61,177 bases of DNA from the NCBI RefSeq assembly GCF_001194135.2, contig NC_068985.1, positions 69,388,108-69,449,284 on the forward strand, in the 5' to 3' direction. This document shows, piece after piece, positions 12,396-23,862 of this stretch (positions within the stretch are counted from its first letter, which is position 1; each line of letters opens with the position of its first letter). The notes beneath the pieces are model-generated. The model searched no databases, was not told the DNA's origin, and worked only from the letters and a program-made list of their open reading frames with translations. The stretch is from Octopus bimaculoides (taxonomy: Eukaryota). The position numbers and the translations under genes are program-made.

Positions 12396-13689
12396 CCATG
12401 ATTTTTTGATAAATATACGAACAAAACTCCATTCTATATTCCCTTTACACAGCCTCTGTTATACTTGCAGAACACAGGGGAGAAACCTGCCGTGCTCCTG
12501 CTTATAAAATTACAAGTGGGGAGCAAACTAGACATAAAACACTAAATGACGGAAACTTCGACATTCTGCTCGCCGATATTCGACCTTTAATCACCATAAT
12601 ATAATGTAAGGGGAATGAATAATTCAGACCTTACCACTTACAACTTATGCAATACATAAATAGATGGATGAGATAACAAAACTTTAGTTGAATCTTCTTG
12701 CTATTAATACTTAAAGGAAACTCATTACAGCCTATCACACTTCGAAGTCCATGCATTTGCAATCCGAGAGCAGGAGTTTGTTACGAAATACCAAAATAAA
12801 CAAAAAGATAACGGCGTACTTTGAACCGGCTTTGCAATCGAAAATGTCGATTATGTCGGTCGTTTTATTATAGATATAGTACCTCATATATCTGTCCTAT
12901 TGTTTCGTCACTTTTCAACATGTAATTATTTTTATTATTATTATACTCATATGTAACTGTTGTAACTTTTCTGTCATTGCACTTCAAAACCTCTTGCAAT
13001 GTCTCAGCAGCTCTGCCTATACTTTCAGGATTATAGCTTGTTGTAATTTTTTTTCCTCGAGAACCATACCTGGTACACTTTATGCCTTGTTGTGCATTAG
13101 TGTTAAATTGCATCTTATAAAGTATTTTTGGCCGAGACATTCCTATCCATTCCTACATACTTGTGACCTAATTGAGTTGTCTGGGGAGCTAATAAATTTG
13201 TCTGGTCCTTCACATAACTAAAACATAATTTTTGCATCACTAACTGCTTTCCAAATTCTCGAGCTAATTCACTTTAAGGATAGCAGGAAAAAGTATTACT
13301 ATTTTGAAATTATTACTTATTGTGCCACGTGGTTTGTAACCTGATCCATGAAAGAGCTTTATTATGAGTACCACCCGATTAGTTAAATCCATATATTGTC
13401 AATTGAACACACACACGCACACATATGAGAATGAAGAATTTGGTCATTCAAAATTTATGTTTATTTACAGTTTCTATAATGATAAACTGGCTGTGAATGA
13501 GCGTTAAATTTGAATGTTCACATTTTTAATTCTCCTCACTTTAAGTAGCCAGAAAAAAACCCTGTAACATCGGATGGGAGTTAAAGGAAATTTAACATAG
13601 AACGCAACATGTTAAAGAACCTGCCTTTGCATTTTACATACTCGAAATCTGCCTGTATATTATAACCCACCTCGTAGTACACACACACA

Positions 13690-13726
<37 letters not shown>

Positions 13727-13770
13727 ACACACACACACAAATACATACACACACACACACACATACAAAC

Positions 13771-13804
<34 letters not shown>

Positions 13805-14926
13805 ATATATNNNNNNNNNNNNNNNNNNNNNNNNNNNNNNNNNNNNNNNNNNNNNNNNNNNNNNNNNNNNNNNNNNNNNNNNNNNNNNNNNNNNNNNNNN
13901 NNNNNNNNNNNNNNNNNNNNNNNNNNNNNNNNNNNNNNNNNNNNNNNNNNNNNNNNNNNNNNNNNNNNNNNNNNNNNNNNNNNNNNNNNNNNNNNNNNNN
14001 NNNNNNNNNNNNNNNNNNNNNNNNNNNNNNNNNNNNNNNNNNNNNNNNNNNNNNNNNNNNNNNNNNNNNNNNNNNNNNNNNNNNNNNNNNNNNNNNNNNN
14101 NNNNNNNNNNNNNNNNNNNNNNNNNNNNNNNNNNNNNNNNNNNNNNNNNNNNNNNNNNNNNNNNNNNNNNNNNNNNNNNNNNNNNNNNNNNNNNNNNNNN
14201 NNNNNNNNNNNNNNNNNNNNNNNNNNNNNNNNNNNNNNNNNNNNNNNNNNNNNNNNNNNNNNNNNNNNNNNNNNNNNNNNNNNNNNNNNNNNNNNNNNNN
14301 NNNNNNNNNNNNNNNNNNNNNNNNNNNNNNNNNNNNNNNNNNNNNNNNNNNNNNNNNNNNNNNNNNNNNNNNNNNNNNNNNNNNNNNNNNNNNNNNNNNN
14401 NNNNNNNNNNNNNNNNNNNNNNNNNNNNNNNNNNNNNNNNNNNNNNNNNNNNNNNNNNNNNNNNNNNNNNNNNNNNNNNNNNNNNNNNNNNNNNNNNNNN
14501 NNNNNNNNNNNNNNNNNNNNNNNNNNNNNNNNNNNNNNNNNNNNNNNNNNNNNNNNNNNNNNNNNNNNNNNNNNNNNNNNNNNNNNNNNNNNNNNNNNNN
14601 NNNNNNNNNNNNNNNNNNNNNNNNNNNNNNNNNNNNNNNNNNNNTATATATATATATATATATTCGCGGATCCACTATGAAAACTTATAAGAAATACCAG
14701 TTTGGTGCCTAACACGAAAAAGAAAAACCACAAGCTCCGAAGCGAAAACTTTTTGATAGCATAAACATATTAACTCGCCGATTAAAAAGGGAGTGTTTGC
14801 ATCTTAGGTAGAGAGTTCCTATCGAAAAATATACTTTATAACCGAGTCTTTGCAGACTAATCCATTATTTGTTCCGATATCTCGGACAAGATCTTATATT
14901 TTAAACCTTTTTTTACCCTACTGTAG

Positions 14927-14941
14927 GAATCCATTCGTCCA
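14927..14941 (+). other. Candidate 15-nt microexon (GAATCCATTCGTCCA; ESIRP in phase 0)
   Basis: Pyrimidine tract ccttttttttaccctactgtAG upstream and a perfect GTAAGT donor at 14942. Length is a multiple of 3. No transcript evidence. Confidence 0.35.
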
Positions 14942-15300
14942 GTAAGTGAAAACCAGTAATCATATTACAACATGTGAATTGTTGTATTGTTTCTTTCATT
15001 CATACGGTTGTCACAAGGAATATATAATTTTCATTGAACTTACTACATTTGCTATTGTTATTACTTATTTTAGTGTCTTCTGTTTTGCGGTATTCTTTTC
15101 TGAGCATTTGTGAACCTAGGTTTAGCAGAAAAACGATTAAGATTAGGAATTTTATTTGATACTTCCGACTCAAGAAGAGGAAACCTGACACTTCGCAATA
15201 TGGACGGGTATCATACTTAGTTTGATGGAGTTCACAATAGGGTGGTTTTTCTCTAGTTGTTTTCCAAACAACTTGCAAATTCAAGTGATATCAGTTAAAA

Positions 15301-15742
15301 CCTCCGCATACCGGATGCCAACATGTATATAGGGTCATCAATGGGAGAATAAGCGCCGTTTCGGGGCCTACTTTTCGACAGCACCATTGCGTACTGCCTC
15401 ACTCCTCACTGAAATGAGGCCCTGCTTGCTAAATCAACTGTTTATCAGATTTATCTCAATATTCTTCTAGCCATTGCTCATCATCTCTTCTTAACCAAAT
15501 CCAGTGGCTAGCCTTTTCCACTGTAGTTTGGATATCATGCGTGGTAGTATTTTGTTTACGAAGACTTAAGCCTAACATAGTGTCCAACGAACCCTCTACA
15601 TCCAACTTCGATCGGAAAATGCTCCGCCGATTGCATAATGCTCCGCTTTCCAGCCTGCTTCTCGAGAGGGTTTACATAACGGTTAATCTTTCAAGCCTGA
15701 GCAGCGTCCCTCTTATCTTCACGAGGAACGTTTAACTCGATT
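15301..15742 (-). mobile_element. HERO-like RLE LINE 3' fragment, copy 1
   Basis: IELNVPRED..HFPIEVGCRGFVG..TTVEKASHWIWLRR..WLEEY* matches the IELTVPWEE/PVEVGCRGF/AS.W.W C-terminus of HERO-clade elements. Homologous to 38722-39170. Confidence 0.75.
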
Positions 15743-17879
15743 AGATTTACCATTTCCTGTTTTTTTTTTTTGACACCATATTGATATCCGCTTTCTTCGT
15801 AACTGGAATGGAAAAGAATCCCTGGCACCCTGGTAAATCTGCAGTCACCAATAGTCGTTCTTTTCTAATTATTTGGTTTTGTTATGAATGAAGGCATATT
15901 ACCTACGTATTTAGCTATGCAAACATAACAGATGAATTTAGAATTGTTATGTGAATACAGGCGAATATCATCTGCCCAAAACATAAATAGCTTTGACCAT
16001 TCTCGAAATAAAGAGTTAATTTATCAAGAGGTGTTAGTGAAATACATTGATTTATTGTGGCATTTGGATTCTTCCATTCCGAAATTTAGGTTTTAAAGAA
16101 AAGTGGAATAAAGAAAATGGCACGTTTTTAACGATTATTTTAGATACATGAAACAATAAGCATATTTCCTCTACAAAAATTTAAACATTTTTCTTTATTT
16201 GTCTTAATGTTATTTACAATACAATTGAATCTATAGATTTTTCATCAATCAATATACTCTCCTAAATTCAATGAAGAGACTAAAAAGTAAAAGGACTGTG
16301 TCAATTATTATGTTTGGCATAATTTTTTATACTTTTTGTAATGGACCAAAAAACTAGAATGAGTAATGTTTCGCCAAAGAAATTTCCTCAAAAGATCATA
16401 GTCACATAATTTAAATCAGACATTTAAAAATTAGACGGGAAAATTTGGCAGTATACATTTGGTACTTGTTATGAGAATGAAATCCTAATTAAAATAAAAA
16501 GTAATACCCTAAATCGGACTCAACCTCCATTTTATTATCTTCTTTTATAATTTTAATTTATTTACTTGCTGCTATTTTCCCCCGAACTCTTAGATGTTTT
16601 GCAATTGATTTTTGGCATCGACATGTTGCTAGCCTTCAAAGCAATTTAATGTAAAGGTTTTGTTTTATTTCAGAATCAGATAAATAAAGAAAGAAAATAA
16701 AGATTTGAATGTTTTTCATTTTGTTTTCATTTTTTATGGAGTGGGGAAACGTATTCTATTCGTTGTAGCATCACATTATATTGAGAGTATTATTTTCGGT
16801 CGGTCGATGAAAGAGTATGAAATTCATTTAAAGGAAAGTAAATGACTGATAAAAGAAAATAAACAAACTATATATACAATAAACAAAAATCGTATTTTTT
16901 TAACGAAAAAATACATGAATAAAGAGATTTTCTAAATAATAGACAGCGAACTGTTTGTAAGATAACAAGCGTTAAGGTTAATGGAACAAACCTAGCACGT
17001 GGTGTTCAGTAAGTTATGTGGAAGACACATTTGATAAACAAATAACCAAAGCGCAATTCGTGTAATAAATCAAAGAATCAAGACTTAAGAATTCTCAGGT
17101 ATGTGTCGATATGTTTGCATCGTTGTAATCTGTAATTGACACGGGAGCTGACGAAGGAAGAGAGTAGGCAAAACTGCAATTCAATGAAGACTAGACAATA
17201 AGGCACACATAAAGACATTGACACCAAACACAAGCGTGCACGCATGTGTACACACACATACATATGTACATACACACATACATTAGGTGTGTATGTTTGT
17301 GTGTGTTTGTGTTTGTATTTAATTCACACTATGTGGATTTAAATATATTCACGGATTCAGTACGAAATCTTATAAGAAATACCAGTTTCGCACCTGAGAC
17401 AAATATCTACACCATTATCTGCGAAAGGAAGATGTTTCAACAGTCTAAGCATATTAAAGTGCGGATTATCAAGGAACATGTTTGGATCTTAGGTACAAGG
17501 ATCCTATCGAGAAATAACTTGTAGTCTACACCTAATGCTGATACAACCAGTTAGAAGCCTGCAAGTTGTTTAAGAAGGATAAAGTGAAAACGACGCAATG
17601 CATGTCCTGGAATATCGAAGCAGGTCCAGGAATGAACAACTGCTAGTGATTGCGAATAGGAATATCACAGAGTTTACAGATCGAGAGCAGTAACTAGAGA
17701 ATGAGGTGAAACCCTGCAAGCTACATATAGTTGGATGCTTGTTTGAAAGGTTCCATGTCTCTAGCGCTATAGATTTGGATGGAGAATAGAAATTACTCGA
17801 TCAAGTTTTAGCGCCAAATATATCTGCACAAACGGGAGTAGGATTCTAAAAAGCCTTCGACTACAAGATAGTGTTATGG

Positions 17880-18230
17880 AGTGGATCTAACTGGGCTGGA
17901 AAGATCTTCTTCAATACGATTAGGCTTAAATAATGACTACTGAAGCTGCTGCTAGTTTATGTAGCAAATCTTGAGGACAAATACATATCCTTCGTTCACA
18001 ACGTCACTGCAGCTTTAGATGTAGTTATGACCGAGTCATGTGTCCTACAACAATACTGTAATGCTCATGTTGCCACTGGTCACAAGACGTGGAAGAAATA
18101 GTAGAGCGACTGGGAGGAATATTGACTCTAAGATCAATGCGAATAGTGGGGCCTCACTAAACTTCCGCGATTGAAATGTTCTCGCTCACAAACCTCCCTT
18201 CCAATCATATGTCCATTTTTACACATGCTG
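17880..18230 (+). mobile_element. RTE-clade LINE apurinic endonuclease fragment
   Basis: VYVANLEDKYISFVHNVTAALDVVMTESCVLQQYCNAHVATGHKTWK resembles VYAP..LLGDFNAHVG.D..TW. An N-x-N-G..LL.F..N..F-like segment follows. Confidence 0.65.
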
Positions 18231-19210
18231 TTCTTTTATTTGTGAGATGCAGTAGCAGAAAGATTGAAACTGCCCAAAGCCTTGTTATGGGAGGACTTTA
18301 GTAATCTCACGTTAGATTGACCAATTTGCTATTCACCATTCGTTGACATTGTACTAAGAAGTGGTCTTCGACATCAGCCATTTAGAACTCTGCTAGGAGT
18401 CGTTCTCTCTGCAGAGCAGGTAATCCTTCAGAGATGAAGATATTACTTTGTGCATTCCTAAATCCAATCACAATAAAATCCCTCTGAGGACAAAATTCGC
18501 ACCAAGGGGCAAGACAAATCTCACCAAAGCTAAAGTCGCAGAGGGGACTGGATCACTCGAAGATGCCAAGTATCCTAGGGAGCATGAATTGCAGTCTCAG
18601 ATGTTAAAAGACTTACACATTTAAAGTATTCTCAGGCTTGGCATGTTTGCAATATGATAAGGTGGATATTTGCTAGTCGGGGTATTTTAACTGGATTGCC
18701 TTGTTCCTCCGCTTCATTTACTGCATTGCCAGAGGGGCTGTCTTCAAGTATTTCGTCGTGGATGAGCCCTTTCCAATGTCATTAAATGCAGATCATTGAT
18801 TAGTATGTATGCAAATCTGTGCTGCTTGCTAATGGGAACGAAGATAGAAACCATTTTCCTTCGTCCATGACGATTCAGTGTATAAATTATATTTCTGTCT
18901 ACGAGTTACCTTTGCTGATATTCGTATAAGCTGACGGTGAGAGACGAGCACTGAAGCGTATCTCTCTCGTCTAGAGCATGTGGCATTCATGCAGCAAGTG
19001 TGTTTGGACCTTACCTATGAAGTGAAGATAACGACCGACGCTAACATGAGACCTGGGCTTCCCTAATGGACTACCGCGATTTCTCGTAGATGAGTTGGTT
19101 CACGCAATCCTTATTGAACTGAACAAAGGCATTGTCTGTGAGACCGAATTTCCACTCCTTCAAGTGTGAAAAGAGTTTCCGCTTCATTTGTTTCAAACAT
19201 AGAGCATGAT

Positions 19211-19390
19211 ATTTACATTATTTACATTATTTACATTTGACGGATGTTTGTTGTTAACACATCGTTTCGGCTGATATATCCTCCAGCCTTTATCAGATGT
19301 CTTGGGGAAATCTCGAACCAGGTTTCGCATGCGTGAGACATTTTTCGATGTTGTTGTTGTTATTATTGTTATTGTTATTATTATTATTAA

Positions 19391-19444
<54 letters not shown>

Positions 19445-19520
19445 TATTGTCTTTATTTTTCAGGTCACTCCTTGGAATCGAACTCGGAATCTTGGGGTTA
19501 GTAACCACTACGCCATATGC
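19211..19520 (-). mobile_element. tRNA-headed, hammerhead-bearing SINE-like element (family H), copy 1
   Basis: Minus strand: GCATATGGCGTAGTGGTT (A box), GAGTTCGATTCC (B box), (AAT)n, GACATCTGATAAAGGCTGGAGGATATATCAGCCGAAACGATGTGTT, then (AATGTAAAT)n. Confidence 0.85.
19256..19301 (-). ncRNA. Degenerate minimal type I hammerhead ribozyme motif
   Basis: GACAU CUGAUAA A GGCUG(10-nt loop)CAGCC GAAAC GAU GUGUU. Carries G8A and U16.1A changes relative to the four-copy consensus. Confidence 0.65.
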
Positions 19521-19524
19521 GCAC

Positions 19525-19627
19525 GGGCATATGGCGTAGTGGTTAAGTGCACGGGCTACTAATCCCAAGATTCCGAGTTCGATTACTAACAACAACAATA
19601 ACAACAACAACAATAAAAATAATAATG

Positions 19628-19691
<64 letters not shown>

Positions 19692-19893
19692 TAATAATAA
19701 TAACATCGAAAAATATCTTAAGAATGAGAACCCAGGTTCGAAATGTCCCCAAGTCACATGATGAAGGCTAAAGGGTATATCAGTCGAAACGTTGTGTTCA
19801 CAACAAACAAGAATAGGACAAATATCCATCAAATGTAAATAATGTCAATAATGCAAATAATCTACATAATTTCTCATCTCTTAAATATAGAAC
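19525..19893 (+). mobile_element. Family H element, copy 2, head-to-head with copy 1
   Basis: cgggcatatggcgtagtggttaagtgcacgggctactaatcccaagattccgagttcgatt, (AAT)n at about 19588-19703, hammerhead-like motif at 19753-19798, 3' end ..aaatatagaact. Confidence 0.85.
19753..19798 (+). ncRNA. Degenerate minimal type I hammerhead ribozyme motif
   Basis: GUCAC AUGAUGA A GGCUA..CAGUC GAAAC GUU GUGUU. Carries a C3A change. Palindromic AACGUU stem III. Confidence 0.65.
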
Positions 19894-20561
19894 TGTATAG
19901 CGCTTACTAAATGCAGACTTGGAACCTTCATTTGGAAAGGATGTTGCCATTCTATACAGCAATGCTAGAAATAAAGGATTTTGTCCCTTCTACTGTGTTT
20001 GATATCGGGCTACACGACAACTACTATAAATAACAGGAAATAAAATTTATAATGTTCAAAACCAGAAATATCATTAAGCCAACAAACGTACACATCACTG
20101 TGTGTTCCAATAAAACTTTGATATAGATAGTTTATTCATGTATCAGTCTATCATTATACATACGTTCATCGATGTATATGTGTGTATGTCTATATATATA
20201 TATATATATATNNNNNNNNNNNNNNNNNNNNNNNNNNNNNNNNNNNNNNNNNNNNNNNNNNNNNNNNNNNNNNNNNNNNNNNNNNNNNNNNNNNNNNNNN
20301 NNNNNNNNNNNNNNNNNNNNNNNNNNNNNNNNNNNNNNNNNNNNNNNNNNNNNNNNNNNNNNNNNNNNNNNNNNNNNNNNNNNNNNNNNNNNNNNNNNNN
20401 NNNNNNNNNNNNNNNNNNNNNNNNNNNNNNNNNNNNNNNNNNNNNNNNNNNNNNNNNNNNNNNNNNNNNNNNNNNNNNNNNNNNNNNNNNNNNNNNNNNN
20501 NNNNNNNNNNNNNNNNNNNNNNNNNNNNNNNNNNNNNNNNNNNNNNNNNNNNNNNNNNNNN

Positions 20562-20606
<45 letters not shown>

Positions 20607-21459
20607 GTTCCTATTTCTTATATCTGTTTCCGTTTTCTCTTAGGGCTTTGAACCAATACATTCACTTGGAGCAAACCACTATGTAAACATCCTCTCTGAA
20701 ACATTTCTTATATTTTAAAGATAATATTTTAACCAATTCCAAGGAAGGTATTTACATAGGAACACATTTTCGTAGAAAATTTGTTTATGATCTTATCTTT
20801 GACATTTAGAAAATTTCTTTACTTTCTCCTTGTGTTCTTTGTATTTATCATCTCCAGCTCTTCGGGAGTTTTTCAACCCACACCCTTCTACTTAGTACGT
20901 GTCATTCTCAATAGCATCGCTATATCATTAGCTGTTGTTTTTATTATGTTTTTTAAAAATTTTTACATCAGGTTATTTCAGCGTAAAATGTGGGGAAAAT
21001 AAACGAAACTTCATGGCAGAATCTTTTTCCATTCCCTCTCTTTTTCCTATAGCATCGCATAAAAAAACGTGAAACAAAAAATAAAATTTTCCATATACAT
21101 CATATATATATAGGTATGTATACAGACATAGACATATAAGATTATGGTTATGTACGTATGTCTGTTCCTGCCTATACATATATATCTATATATATATATA
21201 TATGTTTTTGTGCGTGTGCGTGTGTATGTGTGTGTGTCAGCAATGTTTGTCGCCATTTCAACATGGCAAATCCATACGAACCGACGTTACTACCATTTCT
21301 AACCACAGCAGGACGTTCCCTCTAGGTAGATATCGATGCAAAGTGCACCCGATTATATTGCAAGCACGGGAGCGAAGCTTTACCTTCTAGCGACTTCACA
21401 GGACCTCCAGACTGTCCAGCTTCTGGCTGTTTCCTGGCTGCAAGCTCTCTAGCTCTCTC

Positions 21460-21509
<50 letters not shown>

Positions 21510-22214
21510 TATCTATACATTATACACATATACATATATTTTCAGCCGATGCTCGAACATTTTGCCTTATATGTTGTTATTAATTACGGCTGCTCATCCT
21601 TTCTACCAGGGAATGGAATTTCAACAATAAATCAGTGCATTAAAAAGTGGCTCTGAAGAGGGCTGGACTATATCGACCTGATTAGGCTCATTGCTGACAT
21701 CAGACGTAAGCCGTTTCCTAAGTCTTGTACCCCATTTTTGCAGTTATTGTTATTTTTATATACTGTATTATTATGTTTCTATTGATGTGTGTGTGTACGT
21801 GTATGTATGCATGAAAGGAACTAAAGATGTTAACATTACAGAGACGTCTATATCTTTTATCGCTGACAGTAAGATTATCAATAAGTATATGTTATTAATA
21901 TTTTTCAAGTATGTATATAAAAGAAAATTATGTTTAATATTAATATTAATTTTTAAACTCAGATTTAAGGGACATTTATATTAATAATAATTTTTATTAG
22001 TGTTAAACAAGATAGTAGTATAAATTGTGTATCACGTGATTACGTTGAATGCAATTTTAGTTTAATTTGAACAGGGATGTAGTGTTATGCCATCAAAATT
22101 ACTGTTGTTGATAGATTTACATTGTGTTCTGTTAATTACATGTATTATATCAGTGAAGTTTATCAATTTAAATAATCAATTTATTTTTAATTAGATTTTT
22201 GTTATATATATATA

Positions 22215-23862
22215 TGGTGGTTGTCTACTTCTTATACAGAGTTTGACCACCTCCTGTACCTACACCTTAGCAACATCATGGCGTCGGATGTGATTTTTTA
22301 AACCAGACAATGTTCTAAAAAGACACCCACATGGATTGCACTTCTGATTTCCACCACCAATACCTGCAGATAAGTTATGCTCTTTGTGGATCTTAACACG
22401 TCTTTTTAGGCCTCCATTGGCCTTGCAAATCTTCTGGCATACACTGCATTCAAAGGTGTGCACAGTCATATAGTCAGAATAGTTAGTGGAGGCTTGTTTT
22501 CCATGTGTTTACAGATGAGATTTGAGACCACCCAAAGTCAGGCATGGTCTGTCACAAACTGTGCACACAAAAAGGGCATTTTCGCTTACCTTCTCGATAG
22601 TTACATTCTTCCTTAAATCTCTTTTGAGTCTTTCTTACATTATCATGGCCTCTGCAAATGCTTTTACACCGCACCACACTTTTGTTCGCCATCCAACCAA
22701 ACGAAGCAAGGCTTTCTATGTCTTCTGGAACCATTCTAAGTGACTTCATAGTAGTCCTTATGCCGTCCTAAACCTTTTTTTAGGTTCACACCGATAACGT
22801 TTCCCCTCTGCAAGCTCAACTTAAAACATCTGTTTCGACACGCGTTCATCTGCCATTCGAACAATATGGCCACACCCTCTAAATTGGCTCCTCAAAATCA
22901 TAGCTTTAATTGAGGTGATGCCTGAAGATGCATGGACATCTGTGTTTAGAGTAAAATAACTCCATTTAATTTTTTAAATGCAATGAAAGCATTTTTGGTG
23001 GAATAATTCTAACAGTTTAAAATGCTTTTCATAACAAGTCCAAGTTTCACAGTAATACAACAGTCATGGTAAGACAAATGATTTGTAAAGTAGCAGCTTT
23101 GTATTCTTATTTATATGTTGCTGGCACCAAACACGTGACTCCAAGCGACCAAATGTTTTTGTAGTCCTTTGAATTCCCAGCTGTATTTCTGTAACAAGAT
23201 TTCCATCATTTTGAACAGCGCTTGCAAGGTAGACGAACGAATGAACGACCTCAAGTAACTTTCCATTAACAAAAGTTTTAGTGGGGTTACAAACAGCAAC
23301 ACACACAGATTGATGCATTACAACTATTTATTTTTGTTTCAAGTTGATGGTTAAGTCAAAATCATCACAAACTGATTCAAATGCAGATACAAGAGACTGC
23401 AGACCTGTTTCAGAATGAGTGAGAAGATTACAATCGTCAGCATACAAAGTTCCCTAATAAGTGAAGTGAAAAGTTTCGTTTTGAATTTCAGTCTGATCAG
23501 ATTAAAAACATTCCCTGTTGTTCGTTATTTTATGTAAATAGCCTCCTCGGAGTTTTGAAAAGCGTGTGACAACACAACAGTAAAGTATATTGCAAAGAGG
23601 GTGGGTGCATAAAGGTTTCTTGCTTTACTCCATTTTCCACAGCAAAAGGTTCAGAAATCCAGCGGAAATTAACTCTAGCTTTCATACATTGATGCTATGC
23701 CCTGACCATGTTTATAAATTTTTGTGGGTAACTTATTTTCCTTAGAATTACTCACAGAGCATTTCGATTAACAGTAGCGAATGCTTTGCTCAATTCAAGA
23801 AAGTAATAGTATAGAACAACATTGTGTTCAATGCACTTTTCTTGTAATTGCATGACGCAGGC
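22215..23862 (-). mobile_element. RTE/BovB-like LINE 3' half (RT, thumb, C-terminal C2H2 fingers), decayed
   Basis: QLQEKCIEHN..FLELSKAFATVNR; LYADDCNLLTHSETGL; VNGKLLEVVHSFVYLAS..FGRLESRVW..NTKLLLYKSFVLP; CSVCQKICKANGGLKRRVKIH..CNPCGCLFRTLSGLKNHIRRH. Confidence 0.9.

Noticed and set aside
12868-13140. 90-aa ORF with a faint pogo/CENP-B-like N-terminal feel (YNPESIGRAAETLQ)
   Set aside because: No diagnostic HTH or DDE motif follows and no TIRs were found.
19525-19590. Possible functional tRNA genes (also 28198-28270 and 26160-26240)
   Set aside because: A and B boxes are present, but I cannot fold a full cloverleaf with an acceptor stem. Each runs into repeat-family body sequence, so they are SINE heads.
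21648-21685. ctgaagagggctggactatatcgacctga, similar to the family H hammerhead
   Set aside because: There is no GAAA, stem II is broken and no other family H sequence flanks it. Too degenerate to call.
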